DNA of 63,689 bases, filler included, from Octopus bimaculoides (GCF_001194135.2; 11 parts of 9 records of this genome joined end to end with filler, not necessarily neighbours in it), one strand, 5' to 3'. Positions 1 through 11,989 are shown, counted from the first letter of the whole stretch. The notes: generated by a model from the letters alone, not told the origin. A program made the numbers and translations.

Positions 1-44
1 ATATATATAGGTATGTATGTATGTATGTATGAGTGCGTATATGT

Positions 45-250
45 TTGTGTGGCCTCGTTTATCCCCCACCATCGCTTGACAACAGATGTTGATGTGTTTA
101 CGTCCCGTAACCTAGCAGTTCGGCAAAACAGACCGATAGATAAACTACTAGGCTTACAAAGAATAAGTCCTGAGGTCAATTTGCTCGACTAATCGCAGTG
201 CTCCAGCATGGCCGCAGTCAAATGACTGAAACAAGTCAAAGAAAAGAGCA
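45..250 (+). mobile_element. SINE family A, 3' half
   Basis: Matches the 3' half of the full copy at 39725-40114 (ccaccatcgcttgacaac...gtgctccagcatggccgcagtcaaatgactgaaacaag). Confidence 0.85.
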
Positions 251-321
251 AAAGACCAAAGGACATCCCGAGTTGATGTATTAGGTTGAGACGCTCAGTT
301 TAAGATGGGAGAAAAAGAGTG

Positions 322-355
322 TAACGTTTCGGGAATGGTTCTTCGTCAGAAAGAG
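322..355 (-). ncRNA. Degenerate hammerhead-ribozyme-like core
   Basis: Minus strand reads CUGACGA-A-GAACCAUUCCC-GAAAC-GUUA. Core motifs are present; stems I and II pair poorly. Confidence 0.4.
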
Positions 356-609
356 GAAAGAGGAAAGGTCCAGAGAGAAGGGGGGAAGGGCCGAGAAAAA
401 CACGTGCGTCGTTAGTTTCTTTTGCTGGAGCGCTAAGTTACAGGGATGTAAAGAAACTAACACCGGCTGTCAAGCGCTGGTGGGCGACAAACAGAAATAC
501 ATACACACATACACATATACATATATATATATATATATAGAAGGTAATATGCCGTAGCTAAATGCCTTAAGGCCTGTTTTTCGACGCTCTACAGAATCTG
601 ACAATCTAC

Positions 610-640
<31 letters not shown>

Positions 641-1522
641 GGTGTGTTGTTGTTGTTTTTGTTTTTGTTGGTGGTGATGGTGGTGGTGGCGGTGGTGNNN
701 NNNNNNNNNNNNNNNNNNNNNNNNNNNNNNNNNNNNNNNNNNNNNNNNNNNNNNNNNNNNNNNNNNNNNNNNNNNNNNNNNNNNNNNNNNNNNNNNNNNN
801 NNNNNNNNNNNNNNNNNNNNNNNNNNNNNNNNNNNNNNNNNNNNNNNNNNNNNNNNNNNNNNNNNNNNNNNNNNNNNNNNNNNNNNNNNNNNNNNNNNNN
901 NNNNNNNNNNNNNNNNNNNNNNNNNNNNNNNNNNNNNNNNNNNNNNNNNNNNNNNNNNNNNNNNNNNNNNNNNNNNNNNNNNNNNNNNNNNNNNNNNNNN
1001 NNNNNNNNNNNNNNNNNNNNNNNNNNNNNNNNNNNNNNNNNNNNNNNNNNNNNNNNNNNNNNNNNNNNNNNNNNNNNNNNNNNNNNNNNNNNNNNNNNNN
1101 NNNNNNNNNNNNNNNNNNNNNNNNNNNNNNNNNNNNNNNNNNNNNNNNNNNNNNNNNNNNNNNNNNNNNNNNNNNNNNNNNNNNNNNNNNNNNNNNNNNN
1201 NNNNNNNNNNNNNNNNNNNNNNNNNNNNNNNNNNNNNNNNNNNNNNNNNNNNNNNNNNNNNNNNNNNNNNNNNNNNNNNNNNNNNNNNNNNNNNNNNNNN
1301 NNNNNNNNNNNNNNNNNNNNNNNNNNNNNNNNNNNNNNNNNNNNNNNNNNNNNNNNNNNNNNNNNNNNNNNNNNNNNNNNNNNNNNNNNNNNNNNNNNNN
1401 NNNNNNNNNNNNNNNNNNNNNNNNNNNNNNNNNNNNNNNNNNNNNNNNNNNNNNNNNNNNNNNNNNNNNNNNNNNNNNNNNNNNNNNNNNNNNNNNNNNN
1501 NNNNNNNNNNNNNNNNNNNNNN

Positions 1523-1575
<53 letters not shown>

Positions 1576-1991
1576 AAGTAAGTGAGAGTGAGAGAGTAAG
1601 TGAGAGAGAGACAGAGAGTAAGTGAGAGAGACAGAGAGAGACTATCACACCCACACAGGTGTACTTATGTACACCTATATACACATATATAAACTTAGAA
1701 ATATATAAATACACACACACACACATGGATGCGTAGACCACATATATAAGTTTTTAACTGCATTTCATTGACACTACGTGCCTGGAGATATATCCACGTA
1801 TGAATGGGTGTGTTCCATACATATATTCACAGACAGACAGACAGACAGGCAGACAGACAGACAGACAGACAGACAGATAGATAGATAGATAGATAGTAAG
1901 ACAAATAGACAGACAAACAGACAGAGAAACCGACAGACAGATAGACAGATAGATAGATAGACAAATAGATAGACAGACTGATTGATTGATT

Positions 1992-2034
<43 letters not shown>

Positions 2035-2168
2035 TGATTGATAGATAGATAGATAGATAGATAGATAGGTAAATAGATACATACATACATACACACATAC
2101 AAACGCACACACAAATATATATACATACATGTGTGTGCGTGTATATATATATATATATATATATATAT

Positions 2169-2268
2169 NNNNNNNNNNNNNNNNNNNNNNNNNNNNNNNN
2201 NNNNNNNNNNNNTTAATTAATTAANNNNNNNNNNNNNNNNNNNNNNNNNNNNNNNNNNNNNNNNNNNN
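2169..2268. other. Artificial contig-joining spacer (44 N + TTAATTAATTAA + 44 N), first of ten
   Basis: The same 100-nt construct recurs with its 12-mer at 2213, 24716, 36129, 38947, 45457, 48609, 50188, 51965, 60105 and 62217. The 12-mer gives stops in all six frames. Confidence 0.95.
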
Positions 2269-2700
2269 AAGGGAAAAATTGTAAACAATGGAGAGTATAG
2301 GATGTGTATTGTGTGTGATCGCGTTCTTCTGTCAAAAGCAGGATATGTGAATCACATGAAAACACATGAGGTTAGAAATTCCAGACACCCTAAATACCAA
2401 CCGCCTTCTGCGACCTGAGGCATATGTCACAAGGTTTGTAAAACAATACCCGGACTTAAGAGACATATGCTGGTTCACAGAACCGTTTCCTTAGAATCAG
2501 ATACCAGCGGGTAAGGATCGAGAGGCCTGAACGTTTGTCATCTGTGCTGTAGACCTTGTCGCTCAGCAGCCGGACTTCAAAGTCACTTGAGGGCTCACCA
2601 ACGGAGTGATTGTACTGCGTGATGATGTGTGTGGATTGTTGATGGGATGGCTATCGTCTGTCAAGATGGAGCAGTCGTCATGTCGTCATGTATGTATGTA
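2269..2700 (+). mobile_element. 3' end of an RTE/BovB-like LINE (or ZNF pseudogene) with three C2H2 fingers, decayed
   Basis: Frame from 2269 reads CIVCDRVLLSKAGYVNHMKTH...*GICHKVCKTIPGLKRHMLVH...CHLCCRPCRSAAGL/(+1 frameshift)KSHLRAH. It has two stops and is followed by a short UTR and an (ATGT)n tail. Confidence 0.6.
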
Positions 2701-2777
2701 TGTATATATGTATGCATGCATGTATGTATGCATGTATGTATGTGTGTGCGCGTGTATGTGCGTGTATGTATATTAAG

Positions 2778-2808
<31 letters not shown>

Positions 2809-2844
2809 CATACACATATATATATATATGTACATATATACATA

Positions 2845-4103
2845 CAGGGCGCATAAGATATTTGAGGACATACTTTTTCTGGGTCATTACTGCATTTTTT
2901 TGTAACTCTGCATAATCTTTGTTTCACAAAATAATAATTGCAGACCCTCAGCTTACTCAAGAAATGAAGAGGCATGCTATTATTGTGGTTATAAAGACTG
3001 AGAATAGCGATTTAGAATTATCTCGATTTTTAAACGTTGCCACATCTTTCGTCTACAAAGTTTGTAAGGAGATAGAGACTGAAGATGGAAACGTATCACC
3101 AGTATCAAAGCATAAAAAGCATTCTAAACGCTCTGAAATCATCAGAACACTTGAATTTATCCAGCAAGTTTAACAGACCATTGATTATAATGCCAGAAAG
3201 TCCATGAGGCCCAATTGTAAAAAGATCTCCATGTGTCAGAAGGAACAGTCAGAAATGTTGTCCATCAAGACATCAGATATAGTCTCATATCGTGAGGAAA
3301 GGTCAGTTTGTCAGAAAAAGCAAAAGAAGATCACTACATCTGATCTTAAAGTCTCTTGAACAAACTGAAAAATCCAGCAGAAGATTTGATTTGGTTTTAT
3401 TCAAATGACAAAAACTTCGACCAAGATCAAAAATTTAACAGAATAAATGACAGTTAGTTATGTGCAGACTCTTCTGAAGTTTCAAGTGTTATGCAAGCAA
3501 AATTTTCTGCAATTGTCATGGTTTTAGGGGTTGTCAGCAATGAAGGACATGTGATGCATCCTTACTTCTTTCTACAAGGCCTTATAGGTAACTCTGCTGC
3601 CTACATTGAGGTCCTGGAAACAATTGTTAAGCACTGGATAGACAGTGTATGCTATGGAAGGCCATACGTGTTTCAGTAAGATTCTGCATCATCACATATG
3701 GCTCTAGTAACACAGGAATGGATGGCTGAAAATTTTCATGATCACATAACTCCTAACATTTGCCCTCCTAATTCCCCAGATCTCAATCCATTGGACTATT
3801 ACACTTGAAGCGTTGTTGAGAGAGAGGTCAATGAAGACGCCCCTAACACCAAAGATTCTTTGAAAGCTATTATAGTCAGAGTAATATCCAAAATGAAGCA
3901 GGGCCACTTGATTTGAGCATGTAGATGATTTAGATCTCATATAGAAGCAGTTGTTGAAGCTGAAGGTAGCTTTATTGAATAACATTATAGAAAAGAAGGT
4001 TTATTTTTTATCCTCATAGCATTTTTTGATAAAGTTAGTATCTGTTATTATATATCTGTTTTTGGTAAACACAAATCTGTCCTCAAATATCTTACGCACC
4101 CTG
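2845..4103 (+). mobile_element. Full-length decayed Tc1/mariner DD37D (maT, Bmmar1-like) transposon
   Basis: 26-bp TIRs at 2845-2870 and 4078-4103 (2 mismatches), flanked by TA. Transposase remnants include VMVLGVVSNEGHVM and D-SASSHM...PPNSPDLNPL-D with 37 residues between D2 and D3; several stops. Confidence 0.92.
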
Positions 4104-4261
4104 TATGTATGTAAAATAACACACATACCTGGCACACATACGCACGCACACACATAAACATNNNNNNNNNNNNNNNNNNNNNNNNNNNNNNNNNNNNNNN
4201 NNNNNNNNNNNNNNNNNNNNNNNNNNNNNNNNNNNNNNNNNNNNNNNNNNNNNNNNNNNNN

Positions 4262-4300
4262 CGCGATTACCAGAATGAATTCTAGACTTCGCTCATCAGC
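4262..4300 (-). ncRNA. Hammerhead-ribozyme core, cut off by a gap
   Basis: CUGAUGA-GCGA-[22 nt]-UCGC-G, then N. Confidence 0.6.
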
Positions 4301-4665
4301 ATAGTATTGTTAAGGGAAAACATATCCAAATAAACAGAATTCTCACCTTACTAAAAACGAACACTCTCAGTATCCGACCAGCAAAGGGAATGAAGTTTAT
4401 CTGCATAAATCTTCAACAAAGAAGAAGCGGAAAACTACTGAGTTGTTTTGGCACATGTGTTGAGACAGGAATAAAAAAATTCAGCATTGAATATATTCCG
4501 TGTATATATTTGATTAATAAATTCAAAAAGGGATAAAAATCTTTTACAAGAATTTTATCAAAAAGCCAGAGTATAAAAAAATTCATAAGGGAAATTTCTA
4601 TTCCCAAGAATATAATTATTCGTTTATATTTATATAAGGGGCATTACTACAGAATAATGCCTTCT
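4262..4665 (-). mobile_element. Hammerhead-core-bearing non-coding repeat (Penelope/retrozyme-like), homologous to 20198-20733
   Basis: Shares ordered blocks with 20297-20660 (tcatcag..gtattgt, acgaacact, ggcacatgtg, ttcagca.tgaatatatt, ttcataagggaaa, tatataag.g.cattacta). Confidence 0.65.
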
Positions 4666-4780
4666 TCTGTTGGTTGCTTTTCCTCGCATTCGGTACTAAA
4701 TGTGTTTATTTTGGGAAGTCCAGTGTGTGGCATTATTCTGTAGTAATGCCCCTTATATAAATATAAACGAATAATTATAT
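4610..4780. repeat. Perfect 52-bp inverted repeat with 67-bp spacer
   Basis: 4610-4661 is the exact reverse complement of 4729-4780. Confidence 0.95.
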
Positions 4781-5956
4781 ATATATATGAAAGTCAACTT
4801 CGAAGGAATTTTATGGAACGTATTAAATACTGAAATACCTTCACGACTTGGCACACTCTGTCTATATATACATGCATAAAAACATACATAAATGCACATA
4901 TAGCCATATATGTATATTAATATACGTGAGCTTTGGAAATAAACATTACAAAGTTCCTTTTTGTCGATCCTTTTGTAGCAGCATTAAATATTCGTTAGAA
5001 ATAATTTCTAATGCTATCATCTGTAATAAATGTGTATACATATATATTTGTGTGAGTGTGAGTTTATAAACATATATACATAGATATCACACACACGCAC
5101 ACACACACACACGTTTGTAAGGCTGGTTATGAACTAAAAGCAACTTTCAAGTAAACCGGTGTCATAAGAACGGAATAAATATTACTTATTTAAGTGGTTC
5201 GTAAGAAACGGCCAAATGTTTCGCACCTTTGAGCTTTTCAAATGAATTATAATTTGTGACGGATTGTTGAATAATATAGAGATGTCAAGAGAAAATTCTA
5301 GAAAAAACACTGAGTTTTTCAAAGGCGATTTTTTTCTTCTATAATTTCAAAGTGAATTAGAATTATTAAAATTTTATTAGGGCTGTAAACAAATACCAGA
5401 CAGCAGAAAACAGATCATAAAAACCTGAAAAGGGAGACAAAAAATTAAAGAGAGTGGTAATATAGAATTGGAGATGAGGAGAGGTGATATAAATATCAAA
5501 GATACAGAAAGGTATTTGCTTGCATGTGAATATAGTTTAGATGAGGAGAGAGGACAGAGAATTTTATGTTTTATGAGAGAATGTTTTGTATGAAGGGGAG
5601 AGAGAAAGAGCAGAGACAAAAAAGAGTGTAAACATGTAAGGCTTTGTTCTTCTCGACAAAAGTATCTCACATTGAAACAATAAATTAATAAGGAGACAAT
5701 AAGTGAAAAAAAAATGTTATATTGTTATAACGATAATACATCTGTAGTAAAGTCAAAATATTTGGAAAAGAAAAACGAATGCAAAGTAATTTTATAATTA
5801 TGTACTCAGGTACAAAAGTGTAAATGCAAGCATATACATACACTCGCATAATAAACTTTAAGCATAGACATTCACTTACAGGTCGTATGAGAATGTCTGT
5901 GTATACACATTTGCATAAAGATGTCTATTTTTCACTCATTTTCCTCTCTGTAAATA

Positions 5957-6017
<61 letters not shown>

Positions 6018-6020
6018 CAA

Positions 6021-6461
6021 CACAGATAGAGAAATTAAGGCCAATAGGCCAGATATAGTTGTCAGAGATCATGAAGAAAAAAATGCTTTCTAATTGATGT
6101 ATCAGTACCAGCAGATGCCAACCTTTCTCTAAAAGAAATGGAGAAACTTTCAAAATACATAGACCTGGAAATAGAGATAACCCGAATGTGGAATCTAAAA
6201 ACAGAAACAATACCTATCATAGTAGGCACCTTAGGTATGATAAAAAAATATTCAGACAAATACATAACAAAAACACCAGGACTTACAAATATATATAACA
6301 TACAGAAAAATTGCACTACTGGGCACTGCACACATCCTACGCAAAACACTTTCAATACAGTAACCATAAAAGCATCACAGCAAACCACAGCACATATCCA
6401 AGGCACACAGAGCTGCGCTCGGTAGTGAAGTGAAAGCACGCTATAAAAATAAAACAACTGA
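6021..6461 (+). mobile_element. R4/Dong-like non-LTR retrotransposon 3' end (restriction-like endonuclease) within (AAT)n
   Basis: IKANRPDIVV...LIDVSVP...EKLSKYIDLEIEITRMW...IPIIVGTLG...ALLGTAHILRK with frameshifts; (AAT)n on both sides. Confidence 0.85.
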
Positions 6462-6493
6462 ATAATAATTATAATAATAATAATAATAATAAC

Positions 6494-6570
<77 letters not shown>

Positions 6571-6984
6571 CAACAACAACAATAAAATTTTGGACGTTAA
6601 CACTGGAGTTTACCCTATTAAACTCATTCACGGATCCAGGCAACAGACATGATAATCCAGAGATTGAGATATCATACACTTGCTTTAAAATCCACGAAAA
6701 TCCGTCGTGTTTCTTCGATTATACCCATGGAGTGAGAAAGTCCTTTATTTCATTTACAGTTGTTTCATCGAAGATTCTTCTGTAGAGCTTTGCCATATTA
6801 TGCAATGATATATACAACCATAGATACATGAAGTGTCGTTGACGAATCAATCTTCCATTTTGTGTCTATGAGACATGTGTCAATGGTTGCATACAGTATT
6901 GTATAATAGAACGATGCGCATGAGATCGATCTGGGATGAAAGAATTGTAAATCAATGAAATAAAAGGAATTACTCGCTCCATTA

Positions 6985-7205
6985 TATATATATAGTTGAA
7001 ATTTACAGAAAAACAAAAGACGAAGACAGGTGTATAAACAACAAGCAGGTGTATTAGTTTGATGCTCGGGAAGAGGAGACAGTCTTTTACGTTTCGAACC
7101 TGCGCTCTTCAAAGAGTTTGTATTCCGTGCTGTGTTTATATTCTCGTTTTTCATTTTGTCTTCGTTTTTTGGTGACGTCCTGTACTCAGATATGCAACTA
7201 TATAT
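6985..7205 (-). mobile_element. Short (TA)n-bounded repeat carrying a minimal type I hammerhead relic (7083-7115)
   Basis: UCUUU-GA-A-GAGC-GCAG-GUUC-GAAA-CGUA-AAAGA. Stems I and II pair and stem III is palindromic ACGU, but the CUGAN part of the core is missing. Confidence 0.55.
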
Positions 7206-7346
7206 ACATGTAGATGTAGGTATGTACATACATATACGTATATATGCATATAGTCACATATTATTTGTATTGTATATATATATATATATATACTTATATG
7301 TGTGTATATTATATATATTATATATATATACATATAATTGAAAAAG

Positions 7347-7524
7347 TTGGAGTCAACAAGAAGTACGGTTGGGCGTTTATTTTCAGTCACTACAATTGTT
7401 TCTTGTAATGCAGGGAAACGGTTGTACAATTAAGTACTTGCACGCCTAGAGAACTACATTGCGTAGTAACAATTGTAGTGATTGAAAATAAATGTCCAAC
7501 CGTACACCTTCTTATTCACTCCAA
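7347..7524. repeat. Diverged inverted repeat (MITE/fold-back-like), arms about 68 bp
   Basis: acggttgggcgtttattttcagtcactacaattgtt matches the reverse complement of aacaattgtagtgattgaaaataaatgtccaaccgt. Confidence 0.8.
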
Positions 7525-7662
7525 ATCCTTGTTTATATATTTGTCTTTTGGTCTTTTTACTAACTAGCCACCTATATTATCAGTATTATTATTATTATTG
7601 TTGTTGTTGTTGTGGTTATTATTATTATTAATAATAACAACAACAACAGCAGCAACAACAGC

Positions 7663-7704
<42 letters not shown>

Positions 7705-7849
7705 AATAATAATAATAATAATATCTTCATTATTTATGTGTGTGTGTGTGTAAATATATATAGAAAGATAGAAAGATAGATAGATAAACAGACAGACTGA
7801 CAGACTGACAGGCAGACGGACAGGTAAACAGACAGACAGACAGACAGAC

Positions 7850-7884
<35 letters not shown>

Positions 7885-7915
7885 GACAGACAGACAAACA
7901 GATGTAAAGGTAGAC

Positions 7916-7958
<43 letters not shown>

Positions 7959-8927
7959 CAGACATACATATATACACTCACGCAGGACTGCATATACATT
8001 CAAATATGCATACATACACACACACACGTGATAGATATATGTGCGCGTGCGTATGTGTATGGGTGCGTGCGCGCTTTTGTGTGAGTGTATGGGTGTGTGT
8101 GTTACTGGCAAGCAGGTAAGAAGGAAAATAATTTAGGATAAGCGAAAATAAACTTCCCTAAGCCACATAAAACATGCATGGTAGTGTTTCAAAATTTAGC
8201 AGAATACGTAAAATGGTGCAGTGAAAGAGAAAAATTGTAATTAAAAATTTTTGCATACTCTAGATTGCGAAAGAAACTAAAAATACACAAGGAAACGAAG
8301 AAAGTAACATAAAGCTCTGTAGTTTGCGGAACAGCTAGCTATATTTGTCTCAAAAATAGAAATTAGACGAGGAAACCCTTACAAAAAGTGGCCTCCAGTT
8401 GAAAGTCTACTGTTGGCCGTAGAAGGAAAGAATCTCTGGAAAGTTAGAAGTAATTTGTCTTGTAGTAAAGTTTGAATAGACGTATTAGTGAAACAGAATG
8501 GATTAAAGAGGTGAAAATATGAAGAAGAAATGTGGGATGAAATGTATAGCAGCTTCTAGCGAGCTAGTTAGGTTAAAAAAGATACACGTAATAGCCTAAT
8601 GCTCACCTAAGATGACAAGGGAAGTTACTCATGTTGCTGGTGAGTCTGAGATGGCGTTGATGTTTCTTTTCCTCAAGTTTCTCACGTCGGATTAATTCAA
8701 AGTGTTCATCTCCTTCGCCGCAGAGGGAGGGCCAGGTTTTCAGGTTCTGAGCAAAGTGTTCAAGGACAACAATTGAAATTTAGGAAGTTATTAAAGAGTA
8801 ATGGCAAAAGGAGGAGTCAAAATATAAAAAAAGTATTGGGATATTGTAAAGTAAAGAATTGGGTTTAGTAAATAAGGTGTACATCTTTTGTAGGTATTTC
8901 GGGTAGAATCTGTGCAATACTCTTTAC

Positions 8928-9188
8928 TTTTTTTACTCTTTTACTTGTTTCAGTCATTTGACTGTGGCCATGCTGGAGCACCGCCTTTAGTCGAGCAAAT
9001 CGACCCCAGGACTTATTCTTTGTAAGCCTAGTACTTATTCTATCGGTCTCTTTTACCGAACCGCTAAGTTACGGGGACGTAAACACACCAGCATCGGTTG
9101 TCAAGCGATGTTGGGGGGACAAACACAGACACACAAACATATACACACACATACATATATATATATACATATATATATATACGACAGG
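8928..9188 (-). mobile_element. SINE family A, 3' half
   Basis: Reverse complement of the 3' half of 39725-40114. Confidence 0.9.
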
Positions 9189-10049
9189 NNNNNNNNNNNN
9201 NNNNNNNNNNNNNNNNNNNNNNNNNNNNNNNNNNNNNNNNNNNNNNNNNNNNNNNNNNNNNNNNNNNNNNNNNNNNNNNNNNNNNNNNNNNNNNNNNNNN
9301 NNNNNNNNNNNNNNNNNNNNNNNNNNNNNNNNNNNNNNNNNNNNNNNNNNNNNNNNNNNNNNNNNNNNNNNNNNNNNNNNNNNNNNNNNNNNNNNNNNNN
9401 NNNNNNNNNNNNNNNNNNNNNNNNNNNNNNNNNNNNNNNNNNNNNNNNNNNNNNNNNNNNNNNNNNNNNNNNNNNNNNNNNNNNNNNNNNNNNNNNNNNN
9501 NNNNNNNNNNNNNNNNNNNNNNNNNNNNNNNNNNNNNNNNNNNNNNNNNNNNNNNNNNNNNNNNNNNNNNNNNNNNNNNNNNNNNNNNNNNNNNNNNNNN
9601 NNNNNNNNNNNNNNNNNNNNNNNNNNNNNNNNNNNNNNNNNNNNNNNNNNNNNNNNNNNNNNNNNNNNNNNNNNNNNNNNNNNNNNNNNNNNNNNNNNNN
9701 NNNNNNNNNNNNNNNNNNNNNNNNNNNNNNNNNNNNNNNNNNNNNNNNNNNNNNNNNNNNNNNNNNNNNNNNNNNNNNNNNNNNNNNNNNNNNNNNNNNN
9801 NNNNNNNNNNNNNNNNNNNNNNNNNNNNNNNNNNNNNNNNNNNNNNNNNNNNNNNNNNNNNNNNNNNNNNNNNNNNNNNNNNNNNNNNNNNNNNNNNNNN
9901 NNNNNNNNNNNNNNNNNNNNNNNNNNNNNNNNNNNNNNNNNNNNNNNNNNNNNNNNNNNNNNNNNNNNNNNNNNNNNNNNNNNNNNNNNNNNNNNNNNNN
10001 NNNNNNNNNNNNNNNNNNNNNNNNNNNNNNNNNNNNNNNNNNNNNNNNN

Positions 10050-10088
<39 letters not shown>

Positions 10089-11779
10089 ATGTTGTTACTG
10101 CGGCCGTCTTCTCCACAATAAACTTACACTTTTTAATGCAAAGATAATCTGATAATCAGGTGAGGTTGTGATATCCAGGATTCGTAGAGTGTTCATAGTA
10201 CGACTCAATGAAGATTTACTCATTTCTAAACACACAGCATGGTCTGTTCTGACCATTTAAATCGCCCATGCAATGGAATACTATAAACCATGCGCTGGTG
10301 ATACAGGTAATATACTATGGCAATTTTTGCGTGAGGCGTGATGAGGTCTGCTGTTGTCAAAGGCTCGATATATCAAAAAGCTACGGATATACTTGATAAA
10401 ACTGAGAGCTACTCCTTTCAAATGAGGTTCATATTGCCGACATGGGAACAGAATACTTCTCGAAATGAATTTCTCTTAATAATTCTAACAGTTGTCATTG
10501 CTAAATGACAACTGATTTGATTGCCATTGTTAAATGACAACTGATTCTGATTTCGAAAACCTGTCTCTTTGGCAATTTATGCTCTGAAAGTCTAGTAAAA
10601 TGCTCTCGAATTTCAGTAAAAAATATTTGATATTGCATTTACAATTGTTTTAGTAATCGGAGACACAATGGCTGCCTAGAAGTGAAACGACTATCACTTA
10701 ATATTTCATCTGCAAAGCTTTATCGACTTTTAGAAGCTGATTACAAAACTAATCAGCTGCAATTAATATAGGTTGGTTGTCTCTTGAATTCTGTCATACA
10801 ATGACAACGGAGCCCTATATTTCCATCGAAGACATTAAATTGTGTGGAACTTCGTCCGCTAATTAAAGTTGTTTTTTTTAATCACAACGCCTCGCAGTCA
10901 ACCGATGTACCAGTTGGAAAGAGTCATGAGTTATTAGGTGATGGATGAGAACCAGTGCATCAGTTTTTGACTTCAGATAGGAAGCAGCAGCTAATCAAAT
11001 ATCGTACAACCTACATCAACAGCCCTGTGAGAATACAAGGAGAGAACAATTCTAATAGTTAAAGTTTTTTTTTTTTTCACTTTTAAATCTTTCCTTTTCT
11101 GAAATCTTCTGATAGGGAAATAAAATTTTCAACTTCAAACTGAGGTTCCCACAAAGNNNNNNNNNNNNNNNNNNNNNNNNNNNNNNNNNNNNNNNNNNNN
11201 NNNNNNNNNNNNNNNNNNNNNNNNNNNNNNNNNNNNNNNNNNNNNNNNNNNNNNNNNNNNNNNNNNNNNNNNNNNNNNNNNNNNNNNNNNNNNNNNNNNN
11301 NNNNNNNNNNNNNNNNNNNNNNNNNNNNNNNNNNNNNNNNNNNNNNNNNNNNNNNNNNNNNNNNNNNNNNNNNNNNNNNNNNNNNNNNNNNNNNNNNNNN
11401 NNNNNNNNNNNNNNNNNNNNNNNNNNNNNNNNNNNNNNNNNNNNNNNNNNNNNNNNNNNNNNNNNNNNNNNNNNNNNNNNNNNNNNNNNNNNNNNNNNNN
11501 NNNNNNNNNNNNNNNNNNNNNNNNNNNNNNNNNNNNNNNNNNNNNNNNNNNNNNNNNNNNNNNNNNNNNNNNNNNNNNNNNNNNNNNNNNNNNNNNNNNN
11601 NNNNNNNNNNNNNNNNNNNNNNNNNNNNNNNNNNNNNNNNNNNNNNNNNNNNNNNNNNNNNNNNNNNNNNNNNNNNNNNNNNNNNNNNNNNNNNNNNNNN
11701 NNNNNNNNNNNNNNNNNNNNNNNNNATATATACATACATATATATAAATAATATACAACCTAAAGGCAAAAATATATGC

Positions 11780-11928
11780 GTCACTAAAGTAACAAAAGGC
11801 ACTAATGAGCACCAGTATTCCTAGAAATAAGAGTCAAAGCAACTCAATAGTCATCTGACTATTGAGCTGTTTGACTCTTATTTCTAGCAATACTGGTGCT
11901 CATTAGTGCCGTTTGTCACTTTAGTGAC
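11780..11928. repeat. Near-perfect 149-nt palindrome (arms about 74 bp, 2-nt loop)
   Basis: 11780-11853 versus 11856-11928, with about 3 substitutions plus one small indel/substitution patch. Confidence 0.93.
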
Positions 11929-11947
11929 ACGCACTCATACATAGAAA

Positions 11948-11989
<42 letters not shown>

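Noticed and set aside
8300-8900. LINE C-terminal relic on the minus strand (LCGEGDEHF)
   Set aside because: Only a partial motif; too weak to call.
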